Position numbers and translations under genes: made by a program. Below, piece after piece: positions 54,582 through 64,000 of a stretch of 64,000 bases of DNA; positions within the stretch are counted from its first letter, which is position 1, and every line of letters starts with the position of its first letter. The notes under the pieces are model-generated. The model saw nothing but the letters and a program-made list of their open reading frames with translations. It made no database searches and was not told where the DNA came from. The DNA comes from Paramoeba atlantica (Eukaryota; Protista; Discosea), in the NCBI GenBank assembly GCA_977017575.1, contig CDRNVI010000012.1:1136653-1200652 (forward strand). The letters run 5' to 3'.

Positions 54582-55338
54582 CACCCCTGGGCAGCTTCAT
54601 TTACCCCCCCCCCTACAGGTCTTGCGTTTTGTTCGATTTCGGAAATATTTGGTATGGGACTGTTTTTCGCTCCGATCGTCTCGAATCCGCGGTCCTTTTC
54701 ATGATTGGAATAATATTTTTTTACTAAAATGACTAGACAATTTTTGAGGGTGTACACTTTTTTCTTGAATTTTTTTCTTGCTTTTAAATATTTTTTTATG
54801 TTTTTAAAAATGTAAATCATGCTTAGAGAACGCAAAAAAGACGCTGAATACGTATTCAATAACCAATGTGATAACCTTTCTTTTCTACCACCAATTTAAG
54901 TCGTTTGCGGAAGTCTTTAAATGGACTTCTTAATTTATCGACATGTACTCCTGATAAAACATCGAATTCCTGGAGAAAAAAAACATTTCTGAAGATTTTG
55001 AGCTCATTAGCTACAGCACGTAGGGATTTTAGTTCCTTGTAGCGTGCTATGATGAGAGTTCGCCTTTCTGGTGAAATACGCTGATTCAGGAGGGATGAAG
55101 CCCGATATCGTTTGACCATTGAGGAAAAAACAGAAAAAAAGTAGATTTTTCTAGGGTGGGCAAAACAAAATTGACTTTTTGGACAAAAATTTTAAGGTCT
55201 CGGAGAAAATCAAGGTCGCTCGAGTGAAAACGACCGCGGATTCGAGACGATCGGAGCGAAAAACAGTCCCATACCAAATATTTCCGAAATCGAACAAAAT
55301 ACAAGACCTGTAGGGGGAAATGAAGCTGCCCAGGGGTG
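54582..55338 (-). mobile_element. Internally deleted Tc1/mariner-like element
   Basis: About 110-bp TIRs starting CACCCCTGGGCAGC, TA on both sides; minus ORF 54856-55119 with HTH-like ISPERRTLIIARYKELKSLRAVANELKI. Confidence 0.85.
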
Positions 55339-55854
55339 TATGTCACTTTATTTCTACCTTTCACTTTATTGCTCCGATCTCTATTCTTTAAGGATTTTTT
55401 TTAGAGATGGACTTGATTCCCATATAGAGGTAGTGTCCGATTTTACCACGGCTGTTAATTCGGACGACGAATGCGTTTCGTTAGAGAACGAGGGGGATGT
55501 TGGTCTTTCCGAAGACAAAAGTGGCAAAACAAATGTCCAGGAACTCTATGTGGCTACCTGAGGACACACCCGTTTCGATTGAATTGGAAAATACATCAGA
55601 AACCCCAAGCACAGCATCACGCAGCAGTACAGTGGGCGCTCTTCAAAACAGGAAGCGTCGAATCAAGCCCGGAAAGCGAAAAAGCGAATACACTCTCTCT
55701 TTTCAATCGTCTCTCTGAGATAAAGATACTGTTTCTGTGTAGCAAGCTTAGACATGAAGGCTTGACGCCAATCACTTGGTAGCAATAAGCTGCTTGCACT
55801 TTATTGTTACCATTAAGAGACCTGCACTTTATTGCTACCATAGTAGCAGCGCTG

Positions 55855-57012
55855 TTACCGTATAGGAGCGCAGCTACTATGGTAGCAGCGTTCTTCCCCG
55901 TTCTTTTCACGGGGAACGGAATCCCACGCACGTCTTGTCAAACGCATCACAAAGTCCCAGGAAGGGACATACTCGGTAGGATGCGCATGCCTCTCTGCTT
56001 CATCCTGGATCAAGCTCTTGTAAAGCTCCTTGAATATTTTTATTATGTCCAGATCAGCAGGTTGCCATACATGGATCATACCCGCTGGACCAAAAAGGAC
56101 CGACCCCCCGGTAACCACTCGTTGGTCTGCTGCAAGACTCCAGGGAGGTGACGATGACCCTCGTAACAACAGCCAAAGGATTATTCCAACAGCCAAAGGA
56201 TCCAACAGCCAAAGGATTATTCCAGGCATCAGTGTCTTCACATGTTCGAATGCAGCCGTCGAAACACGTGCGTCTTCCCACGCATTCCGTTGAATGTGCA
56301 CGAAGGGATCACCATGGTACCGAAATGCTAGGTTTTTGGGATTCCGTGACTTGGGATTAGCTTCACCTTTCAAAACGAATGATAGGGATAGCTTTTCTCC
56401 AATCATGGATGTTCCAACGTTGATTGTCACTCTCGTCCTTGATTTAATATTTGACATAGCCTCTGACAATAGACGTGCTTCGTTCCGTGAGAAATGAAGA
56501 GAACGGTTTCATCAACATTTCAAATCCTGGACTCCTCATACACTGGGATATTAGAACGCACTTGTTGCAAAAACATATCCAAAAACACATCTACATCCCA
56601 AGACGGGGACAAATTTTTCTTCTTTTTTGCAAGGTGTCGAGAGCATCCATTGGCCTTGATTACTCTCCGAATCCAACATTGCAATGCGTTTGTTTTCCCC
56701 TCAAATCTATTCCCTGTAATGTTTACCACGTAAAATTCGACTTGATTTATCGTAAATTGCTCTTTCTCCTCCATGCAGCAGTAAACCAGAGATTTTAGAG
56801 TGGTGTGGCTTTGTGATGTGAAACACGAGCGTATTTGCTCTTTCGAGCGGCAGAAGAAATGCTGGTGTAGTCTTGAACTGATCGATATAAGGGGGGACGC
56901 TTACTAAGTTGTTGTTTTTCGCATGTTTTATCTTTGCAGTCAGAGTGTCGCCAGGAGTCTGCTTCACAATTTCTAGCACTTTTAGTTTTTCTTCGTTCGA
57001 AAGACCCATCAA
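55855..57012 (-). pseudogene. pogo/CENP-B-type DDD transposase remnant
   Basis: LSNEEKLKVLEIV (HTH), WIRRVIKANG, RI*NVDET, RVTINVG..GEKL..FVLKG, QRNAW, QPADLDIIKIFK; stop, frameshifts and an internal tandem duplication near 56165-56225. Confidence 0.85.
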
Positions 57013-57287
57013 TGGAAATCTGTTAAAGTCTTTTTACGTTCAAAAACAAATCCAATCCTCTCGAAAATAAATTTTAATTTTTGTTTTCGGAAATGAGAAT
57101 TCATGATTGACTCATCAACAGAGGCTCTGTCAACGTTCAACACGCAAATCTGAGAACAGTGACCAAAAGAAGATTATTTTTGTGCCAACGTTCAGCACCC
57201 ATTTCTCAGAATAGTGACTTTCTCCGTAACTTGAACTACTGTACAGTCTCGTTAGTATTTTGTGAATAAATTTCGAATTTAGTAAGA

Positions 57288-58197
57288 AATTTTCTTTTTT
57301 AGGCTCTTCGTTAAACGCGGTGGCTGTTTTCAACTTAGAAGTCACTCATGCTGCGCGCTTCGCGTTGAAAACTACCGCCGCGTTTAACGAAGAGCCTAAA
57401 AAAGAAAATTTAGCCTGGAAAACGGAAAGATTATAGCCAAAAATAGCCGAATTTCGGGTACAAATGGTGTCATTTTCGCATATTTTTGCTCTCAGAGCAC
57501 TAAATCCGACATTTGCACGTGGGAAATCACTCGTAGGCATGAATGGAAGCCTACCGAACGTATTGGGTAGAGAATACGACTCCAACCATACCATTCTTTC
57601 GACACAAAAATGCCCCTTTAGGTCCGAAAAATACTTTTTCACCTTTTTTAGTCAAAATTGGGTCATTTTGAGGGGCGCACCACGGTTCGAAGAAGTGATA
57701 CCTTGCGAAAACAACTGCGGAGAAAGCTAGTGTAGGTCCCAAACTATCAAAATACAATAGGGGAAACGATTTTGGAAAACTATTTTTTTTTTCATTTTTT
57801 TCGCCAAGTTGAATTTTTTTTCAAAAAACTTTTTCCGAAAAAATCCGAACTTGGCGGACCCGTCATGCGGATACGCGGGGGGGTCACCCCCGGGTAGGGG
57901 GGTGGAAAATGCGCGCCAAGACCCCGGCTACCCTTTCTGCGGTTTTTTTTCGAAAACTAATTTTTTCGAAAAAATTTGCTCGACCATGCCCCCCCCCCCT
58001 GGACCCCCCCCATGGACCCCCCCCATGGACCCCCCATTTTTTTCAAATTTTTTTTTCAGTTTTAGTCCACCGGAGCCCCCTTTTATATTTTTTTCTTCTA
58101 TTATATTACTGTGTTCCTCTTTATATTTTCACTGTTTTTGTTCACTTTTTTTTCAATAATCGAGTGTAGAGCGGTAGTTTTACAACCACCGCAATAA
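57288..58197 (-). mobile_element. Inverted third copy of the hairpin-ended repeat
   Basis: Reverse complement matches 32322-33730; 33-bp perfect inverted arms 57288-57320 / 57378-57410. Confidence 0.75.
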
Positions 58198-58263
58198 TTA
58201 TCCTAAGTCATCAAACTAAGGATCAATTCCGTCCTTTTTGTACAACACTTGCAAACCTGGTTA

Positions 58264-58579
58264 CCGTATACCCCCCCCAGTAAGGTACCCCCCCAGTAAG
58301 AGAGATTTGGCCCTTTTTGGACTGATCCCCAGTAAGAGAGATTTGGCTTGGGAGCCCAACAGAAGGCGTATAGGGGGTAGGGGGTGGGTGTCTGCAGGTT
58401 GGGGGCCTCGGGGGTAGCCCAAAGAAGCATTTTAACACGTTTTCAGAAGAAAAAATAGAAAAAATAGTCAAAAAAGTAGGGAGAAAAGAGGAAACTGGCC
58501 AAAAAAGCATACCCCCCCCAGTAAGAGAGATTTGGCCATTTCGACCCAAAACCCATTCTCTTACTGGGGGGGTATACGG
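58264..58579. mobile_element. Tc2/pogo-type MITE
   Basis: TA|CCGTATACCCCCCC(C)AGTAAG ... CTTACTGGGGGGGTATACGG|TA; three internal ccccagtaagagagatttggc repeats. Confidence 0.88.
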
Positions 58580-58714
58580 TATTTGTAGAAAGCTGAAATC
58601 TCGGGAGTCATAGGATTCGTACCCTCAGCTCTCTAGACAACTTACACCCAATATGCTTTTCAAAATAGCAATAAGCTTTTAAAAAATATAAGAATAAGAT
58701 TTTAAACCTCTAAC

Positions 58715-61033
58715 ATGATCGCGGCTCAATTTTTTGATGAAGATAATATTCGGCCTGCAAAACGGCGCAAAATCGGTCTCCCGAATTCGAAGTTCAACCG
58801 GCCTCGATCTGCTTCCTTTGGTCGAATAGTTGGTCAAATTCTTCCTCAAGAATATGATCTAGACCGATTGCTCAAAAACGTAACGGAACGACAAAATTCA
58901 TGGAATACGCACACTGTAGCATCCCAGTGGTACGGAGTTTCTTGTACAATGAACGGAACAATAGAAAGAATAGGTTGGTCTGGTTTAGGATTAAAAGGCA
59001 CGCTTGGAACAGAGTATCTTCCCGTTAATCTTGTGGGATTACGCCTGCAAGAGAACCGCCTCGAAGGGAACTTTTCTATTGAAGACCTTCCGCAGTCCTT
59101 GAAGCGCTTGGAACTACAGGGGAACCTTTTTAGTGGTCCTATAAATCTTAAAGCTTTACCACGTGATCTGTGCTACTTAAATCTGTCTTCAAACCATTTT
59201 CATGGACAGATTGATTTTTCAAATTTACCTCCTCTTACATTTCTCGCAATCAATAACAATCACTTCACTGGTTCCATTGATTTGTACGGACTTCCTCCAG
59301 TACTAGAAACGCTATCAATTCACGAGAATTCTTTTTCAGGGGAATTGTCTTTCTGTGGGCTCCCAAGAACACTGCAACGTTTTACAGCGTACAAAAATGA
59401 TTTTGAGGGGAATCCTGATTTTTCGCAACTTCCTCCTCTGCTTCGCATTATTAACGTAGCTTACAATCGTTTGTCTGGAAAACTTTTTCTCCTGGCTCTC
59501 CCGCCAGCATTGGTTGGATTTGAGGCTGGAAACAATTTCTTAGAAGGTGAAATAAGTCTTGCTAATCTTCCAGAAAATTTGCGTTATCTTATGCTTAGAG
59601 AAAACGCACTTTCGGGGCTTCTACACCTTTCTGAGTTTCCTCCGACGTTTCAAGCCATTGATCTGTCTACAAATTTCTTTTCCGGGTCAGTAGCTTTTCC
59701 TCCACTCCCAGAGAGTTTGGAGATTCTTCGACTTTCCAACAACACTTTTTCTGAGATAATTGGAACTTCGAACATGGAGTCTAGCTTTGTTGAAATTGCT
59801 CTTGACAACAATACCTTCACCGGCAACTGGGATTTAACTGTACTTCCGGAAAACTTGGAATTCTTTTATATCAATGACAATAGATTTGACGGGGAATTAG
59901 ACCTTACTGGTCTTCCGCAAAAACTGACGATTATAAATGTGTCCTCCAATCGTTTTTGTGGTAATCTCAATTTGTTTGAGTTACCTCCTCTTGTGGATTA
60001 CCTGGATTTTAGTAACAACTTGTTTGAATCGCCCATTGATCTCTCACATCTACCAGATGCCGCAATATCCCTCTTTTTGGACAGAAACCGTTTTAGCGGG
60101 GACGTGAAACTGGAAGATCTGCCTTCCAAACTAAATATTTTGGACCTTTCTAACAACTCCTTTACAGGTGAACTTGATTTTCGTAGACTTCCTCACAGCC
60201 TAGGCAAACTTAGGTTGAGCAGAAATCAGTTTCAAGGTTCCGTAGATGTTTCCTCATTTCCGTCGAAAATGTTTTACTTATCCCTGGCATTCAACGCACT
60301 CTCTGGGAATCTGTGCCTTTCAAATTTCTCATTTTCTATGCGATATCTTCACTTAAACAACAACAATTTCACAGGTACGGTTGACTTTGATCGACTGCCG
60401 ACAGATATTCGGTTTTTGCAGCTTCAGTACAATCGTCTCACAGGTAATGTTTCTTTTCCTCACTTTCCATTATCTCTTGAAAATCTAAATCTTGGTTTCA
60501 ATCAGTTTGTCGGTGAGATTCACCTCGAGAAATTTTCAAACGGTATTCATTTGAAACACGTTGATCTTCAAAACAATCAGTTTACGGGGCCAGTGCAGCT
60601 CCACTACCTGCCAGCGCTTCTTCAAAGTTTAAATTTGGGAAACAACAGATTTGTTGGGAGCATAGATTTATCGAAACTACCGTCAACCTTATGTAACCTT
60701 ACTCTGGCAAATAACACCTTTTCTGGAAATTTGGATTTGGGAACGCTTCCAAATAGCATTAAAAGGGTCAGTGCTGATCACAATTTGTTTGGGCCTGTTC
60801 TTGCTTGGGAAGTACTTCCTGCTGAACTCCGAGTACTTGAGCTAAATCACAATCAAATACGTTCGACACCAGAAAGTCCGCTTCTCCCTCCTTTTTTAGA
60901 AATACTAAATTTGAATAGTAACCAGCTCTCCCATATGATGCATTTTTCGGTTTTGCCCACGACACTTCAGAAAATTGATCTACGTGACAACAAACTCGAT
61001 CAAACTTCTCCTCATGAACTCATTCTGTTATAA
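58715..61033 (+). CDS. Large leucine-rich repeat protein
   Basis: LLKNVTERQNSW..SQWYGVSC cap and about 28 LRRs of 23-24 aa. Confidence 0.9.
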   Translation: MIAAQFFDEDNIRPAKRRKIGLPNSKFNRPRSASFGRIVGQILPQEYDLDRLLKNVTERQNSWNTHTVASQWYGVSCTMNGTIERIGWSGLGLKGTLGTEYLPVNLVGLRLQENRLEGNFSIEDLPQSLKRLELQGNLFSGPINLKALPRDLCYLNLSSNHFHGQIDFSNLPPLTFLAINNNHFTGSIDLYGLPPVLETLSIHENSFSGELSFCGLPRTLQRFTAYKNDFEGNPDFSQLPPLLRIINVAYNRLSGKLFLLALPPALVGFEAGNNFLEGEISLANLPENLRYLMLRENALSGLLHLSEFPPTFQAIDLSTNFFSGSVAFPPLPESLEILRLSNNTFSEIIGTSNMESSFVEIALDNNTFTGNWDLTVLPENLEFFYINDNRFDGELDLTGLPQKLTIINVSSNRFCGNLNLFELPPLVDYLDFSNNLFESPIDLSHLPDAAISLFLDRNRFSGDVKLEDLPSKLNILDLSNNSFTGELDFRRLPHSLGKLRLSRNQFQGSVDVSSFPSKMFYLSLAFNALSGNLCLSNFSFSMRYLHLNNNNFTGTVDFDRLPTDIRFLQLQYNRLTGNVSFPHFPLSLENLNLGFNQFVGEIHLEKFSNGIHLKHVDLQNNQFTGPVQLHYLPALLQSLNLGNNRFVGSIDLSKLPSTLCNLTLANNTFSGNLDLGTLPNSIKRVSADHNLFGPVLAWEVLPAELRVLELNHNQIRSTPESPLLPPFLEILNLNSNQLSHMMHFSVLPTTLQKIDLRDNKLDQTSPHELILL

Positions 61034-61389
61034 GGCAGGTATTTTTCATAACTGTAAATTAGCTATTTTGTTCAGTTATTACATGTACATGATGTTCATT
61101 CTTAACACCGTTAAGACTTGTACGATTTGCTTGACATATCAATGGCCAGATATACTTCGTAACTATAGGACGTCGCATGTAAACGTTGTTTACGTTTACG
61201 TAAACGTGTAAAAGTTGATGTTTACGTGTTTCCGAATTTATTATCATACCAAAGTACTTTTACTTTTCATCGAATGAAAAACAATGAATTTTTTTTGTTG
61301 TATTCTCACATTTTTCTGTGTTACATTCTTTCCACTCAAACCAACAAAACACAGACACACAATATATTTAGCTCGTTACCCTAAAATCA

Positions 61390-62817
61390 ATGCTCCGCTA
61401 CCAACGCATTTGGCGCAACACCCTGGAGCACTACGCGGCCTGGGGCAATGCCATGATGAAATGTGTGGACGACCGTGTCAACCACGGGGAGGAAAACTTC
61501 CAACGTGCTCTCACCGTACGCGACCAACTTCAACAAGTCGCCTCTCGGTGGAACCCGGATGCTAAGATTTACCTCTGCGGGTCGGTCGTCACTCTTGGGG
61601 TGCTGGAACGCAACAGCGATTTTGACATGTGTTGTTTGCTCCAGGATATGGTCTCGGAGTTTAAAGTACAGAGTCGGATGTGTGAGAAGTTTTGGAAATC
61701 TTGTCGAGCGCATGTCCCGCATCACCTACGGGATCACTTACTCGGGCTCGCGGAGTGTCGTACCCCTGTGGTGACGTTGCACTGTGTGAATGAGGCGAAG
61801 TTAAAACATATGCAGTTCGGTGAGCTTACCCCGGAGGAGGAGATGGATAGCCGTACGGCGGTGCTGCGACTGAAGACGCGACAGTTTAGCGATGAAGAGC
61901 TCAAGGAATTGTTGAGCAAGATGCCAGGCAAGGTTTTGCGGCATAACGTGAGTACGTATAACCCAGATACCGGGTCGGGGACAGTTCTCGAGTTGGAGAT
62001 GGACACTACGGTGCACGCCATGCAGGCACTGTCGGTGCTTCCCGACGGCAAGTTGCTGGCAAAGCACCAGCGGGAGGATTTGATACGGGATTTTAAGGAC
62101 GTGAATCGTGTGCCGGAGCTTCTGCGGTTTAACTGGGACTGCAGTTTTATGGGGCTGGGTATTTTGAACTCCTACTTGATACGAAAGTACCTGCTTGACG
62201 AGGCACCTGTATATGCGCGGTACTGTGCCATGGCGATTAAGATTTGGAGCAAAGGAAATTATTTTGGTGTGGGTACCGGAGGCTACCTCACTACCTACGC
62301 CATCAGCATCATGTTTCTGTACTTTCTCCTTGTCACACACAACATGAAGTGGATTGACCCTGGGTCAATGCCTCATCCGGTGTATCTTCCCCGCTACCCA
62401 GACTATGTCCCATTTCTTCCTGAGGAGCGGCCGAACCCTGCGGAGGTGGGGTACATCGTTGCCGAATTCTTTCGATTTTATGCGAATTTCGACTGGTCGC
62501 GTGAGGTAGTGAGTTTAAACCGCCCACGACGCTCCACACGGGATGACCTGCAGTGGAATTTTACGATAAAGGAACGGGAAAATTTTCACTATCACATCTG
62601 TATCCAGGACCCCTATGAGGCCATCAACACAGGGGGGTTGAATTTGGGCCGCTGGTTACATGAGGAAAAGGTGGATATTGTGAAGAAGGAGTTTACGAGT
62701 GCGGCGCAGCAAATGTCCTCATTGACCCCGCAACAAGCAGATCAAATCTTTTTTGGTCAGAAACGACCCCCGATAGGGCAAAAGAATTGGGCGACCCATA
62801 CCAAGCATCGAAGGTGA
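61390..62817 (+). CDS. RET2: RNA-editing terminal uridylyltransferase 2
   Basis: HYAAWGNAM, YLCGSVVTLG.LERNSDFD (DxD), LLGLAECRTPVV, NSYLIR, PHPVYLPRYPDY, CIQDPYE..TGGLNL, matching recalled KRET2 motifs throughout. Confidence 0.92.
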   Translation: MLRYQRIWRNTLEHYAAWGNAMMKCVDDRVNHGEENFQRALTVRDQLQQVASRWNPDAKIYLCGSVVTLGVLERNSDFDMCCLLQDMVSEFKVQSRMCEKFWKSCRAHVPHHLRDHLLGLAECRTPVVTLHCVNEAKLKHMQFGELTPEEEMDSRTAVLRLKTRQFSDEELKELLSKMPGKVLRHNVSTYNPDTGSGTVLELEMDTTVHAMQALSVLPDGKLLAKHQREDLIRDFKDVNRVPELLRFNWDCSFMGLGILNSYLIRKYLLDEAPVYARYCAMAIKIWSKGNYFGVGTGGYLTTYAISIMFLYFLLVTHNMKWIDPGSMPHPVYLPRYPDYVPFLPEERPNPAEVGYIVAEFFRFYANFDWSREVVSLNRPRRSTRDDLQWNFTIKERENFHYHICIQDPYEAINTGGLNLGRWLHEEKVDIVKKEFTSAAQQMSSLTPQQADQIFFGQKRPPIGQKNWATHTKHRR

Positions 62818-63116
62818 TCACGTGCTCGACATTGAGGTATTGCTTTCGATCTTTCTTGCGGGTTTCGTCCAACAATATTTTTGTGTCTCAGTTGAGACTC
62901 TTACATAACCTTATTGGGTTGTTGTGTGACTATTGAAGTCTATTTAGGAGTGTTTTTCTATTATCGTGGTTCGTCACGGCTTGAAATTAATAATGCTCAA
63001 GTGGCACATTGTTAAGCATTTGTTTCTCTATTTTTGGGAAGCAATTCTCAGTTACAGTTTTTTACATCTCTTTTTCTACTCTTTCCTTCGTTTCATTTCA
63101 ATCCTATCTTTTCCTC

Positions 63117-64000
63117 ATGAAGTCCACTCGCACCCATCGCCGACTTGTCAACAACTGGCACCGTCACGGGGGCCAGAAACATCAAAGCCTCGTTCCTCTC
63201 ACTTACGAATACCGCAAACCCCACCTTTCGGGGCGCCCCGCCTACTTCACCCTTAAATCCTTCTACACCCTCGGGTGCTACCCTTCAGGACTCGACGCTC
63301 CCTACCGTCTCCCCGACTTTTACAAACACTATCTTTCGAGTTATCTCCCCGAGCCCTATGAGGAGTGGCTCGCCTGCATGCAACCCAATCATGAGGAACG
63401 GATACGCCGCGCGTGTGCTAGTCTTCGCGAGGCAGAGCATAAGATGACCATTCCCGCTTCGTCAAAATGGCGGCCCATCCCGCTGATTACAGGGCTAGAA
63501 AAAGTGACACAACCGTTGGAGAGTTTGTTGGAATGTTTCGGGGATCGGATTCCCATTTCCGCGGGAATCGCACGACGGGTGTTACTTCACCACCGGGAGG
63601 AATTTTTTAACCTCACAAGGGTGTACGAGGAGGTAGTCACCACAATGGGAAGCACCCCTCACGCACGCTGGAAACTTTCCCACCCCACACAACGCGCGGA
63701 GCCCGCTCTGCCAGGTCGGCTTACCGAGGAAGAATCTCTCTTTTTATCCTCCTTAACCCCTTCCGAATTATCTTCTCCTTCCGATCCCCACTCATTGTCC
63801 ACTCTCCCACCATCTCCTCTCTCCCCTTCCTCTCACCATCCCACGCATGATCCGTCATCCCCGGAATTTAACACCCCAACCTCTACACTCACCCCTACCC
63901 CTCCTTCACCCACCCCTCCTTCCCCCACCCCCTCTACCCCTACCCCTCCTTCCCCCACCCCTACGCCCTCTACAACAAATCAAACCCCTCACACACATTC
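63117..64000 (+). CDS. Hypothetical protein, 3'-truncated (absent from the ORF track)
   Basis: ATG at 63117 after a pyrimidine tract; frame open to window end: MKSTRTHRRLVNNWHRHGGQKHQSLVPLTYEYRKP...; becomes Pro/Thr-rich. Confidence 0.7.
   Translation, partial: MKSTRTHRRLVNNWHRHGGQKHQSLVPLTYEYRKPHLSGRPAYFTLKSFYTLGCYPSGLDAPYRLPDFYKHYLSSYLPEPYEEWLACMQPNHEERIRRACASLREAEHKMTIPASSKWRPIPLITGLEKVTQPLESLLECFGDRIPISAGIARRVLLHHREEFFNLTRVYEEVVTTMGSTPHARWKLSHPTQRAEPALPGRLTEEESLFLSSLTPSELSSPSDPHSLSTLPPSPLSPSSHHPTHDPSSPEFNTPTSTLTPTPPSPTPPSPTPSTPTPPSPTPTPSTTNQTPHTH

Larger units (their letters stand above)
54306..57241 (-). mobile_element. pogo-like DNA transposon (decayed), containing a nested Tc1-like element
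   Basis: TA|CAGTA-AAAGTCACTATTCTGAGA ... TCTCAGAATAGTGACTTT-(15 nt)-TACTG|TA; subterminal TGTCAACGTTCAA and AAATGAGAAT motifs; internal DDE_1 remnant. Confidence 0.8.

Noticed and set aside
54540-55840. ACTTTATTG repeats resembling the spliced-leader 3' end
   Set aside because: Lack the conserved CAGTTTCTGT core and the GT donor; they lie inside the pogo element.
56520-56522. TGA at a Trp position (RI*NVDET) suggesting stop-codon reassignment
   Set aside because: It lies in a frameshifted dead transposase; intact host genes end in TAA, TAG and TGA alike and contain no internal TGA.

Overview
Intron-free eukaryotic DNA from a kinetoplastid. Evidence: glycosomal-type GAPDH with a PTS1-like tail, editosome TUTase RET2, a Tc38-like kDNA protein, and every host gene on the + strand as in a polycistronic unit. 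The LRR family and Merlin elements suggest a Perkinsela-like or other early-branching lineage (inference). About 30 host CDSs are present, including nine paralogous plant-type LRR genes. Three non-obvious layers stand out. (1) Roughly ten 0.6-1.3 kb islands inside coding sequences switch abruptly from extremely C-rich to extremely G-rich, even at synonymous sites. They coincide with low-complexity insertions in conserved enzymes and look like a DNA-level signal (bidirectional initiation or replication origin). (2) Unannotated ncRNAs: three copies of a snR30/U17-like snoRNA (m1, m2 and ACA motifs) and two copies of a box C/D snoRNA. (3) A diverse set of mostly decayed transposons: hAT with an 8-bp TSD, pogo, Tc1-like, Merlin, several TA-target MITEs, a hairpin-ended Helentron-like repeat and a LINE RT fragment. 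Several are nested, and all their ORFs are antisense to the host genes. All homology calls come from motif recognition by eye; no searches were run.
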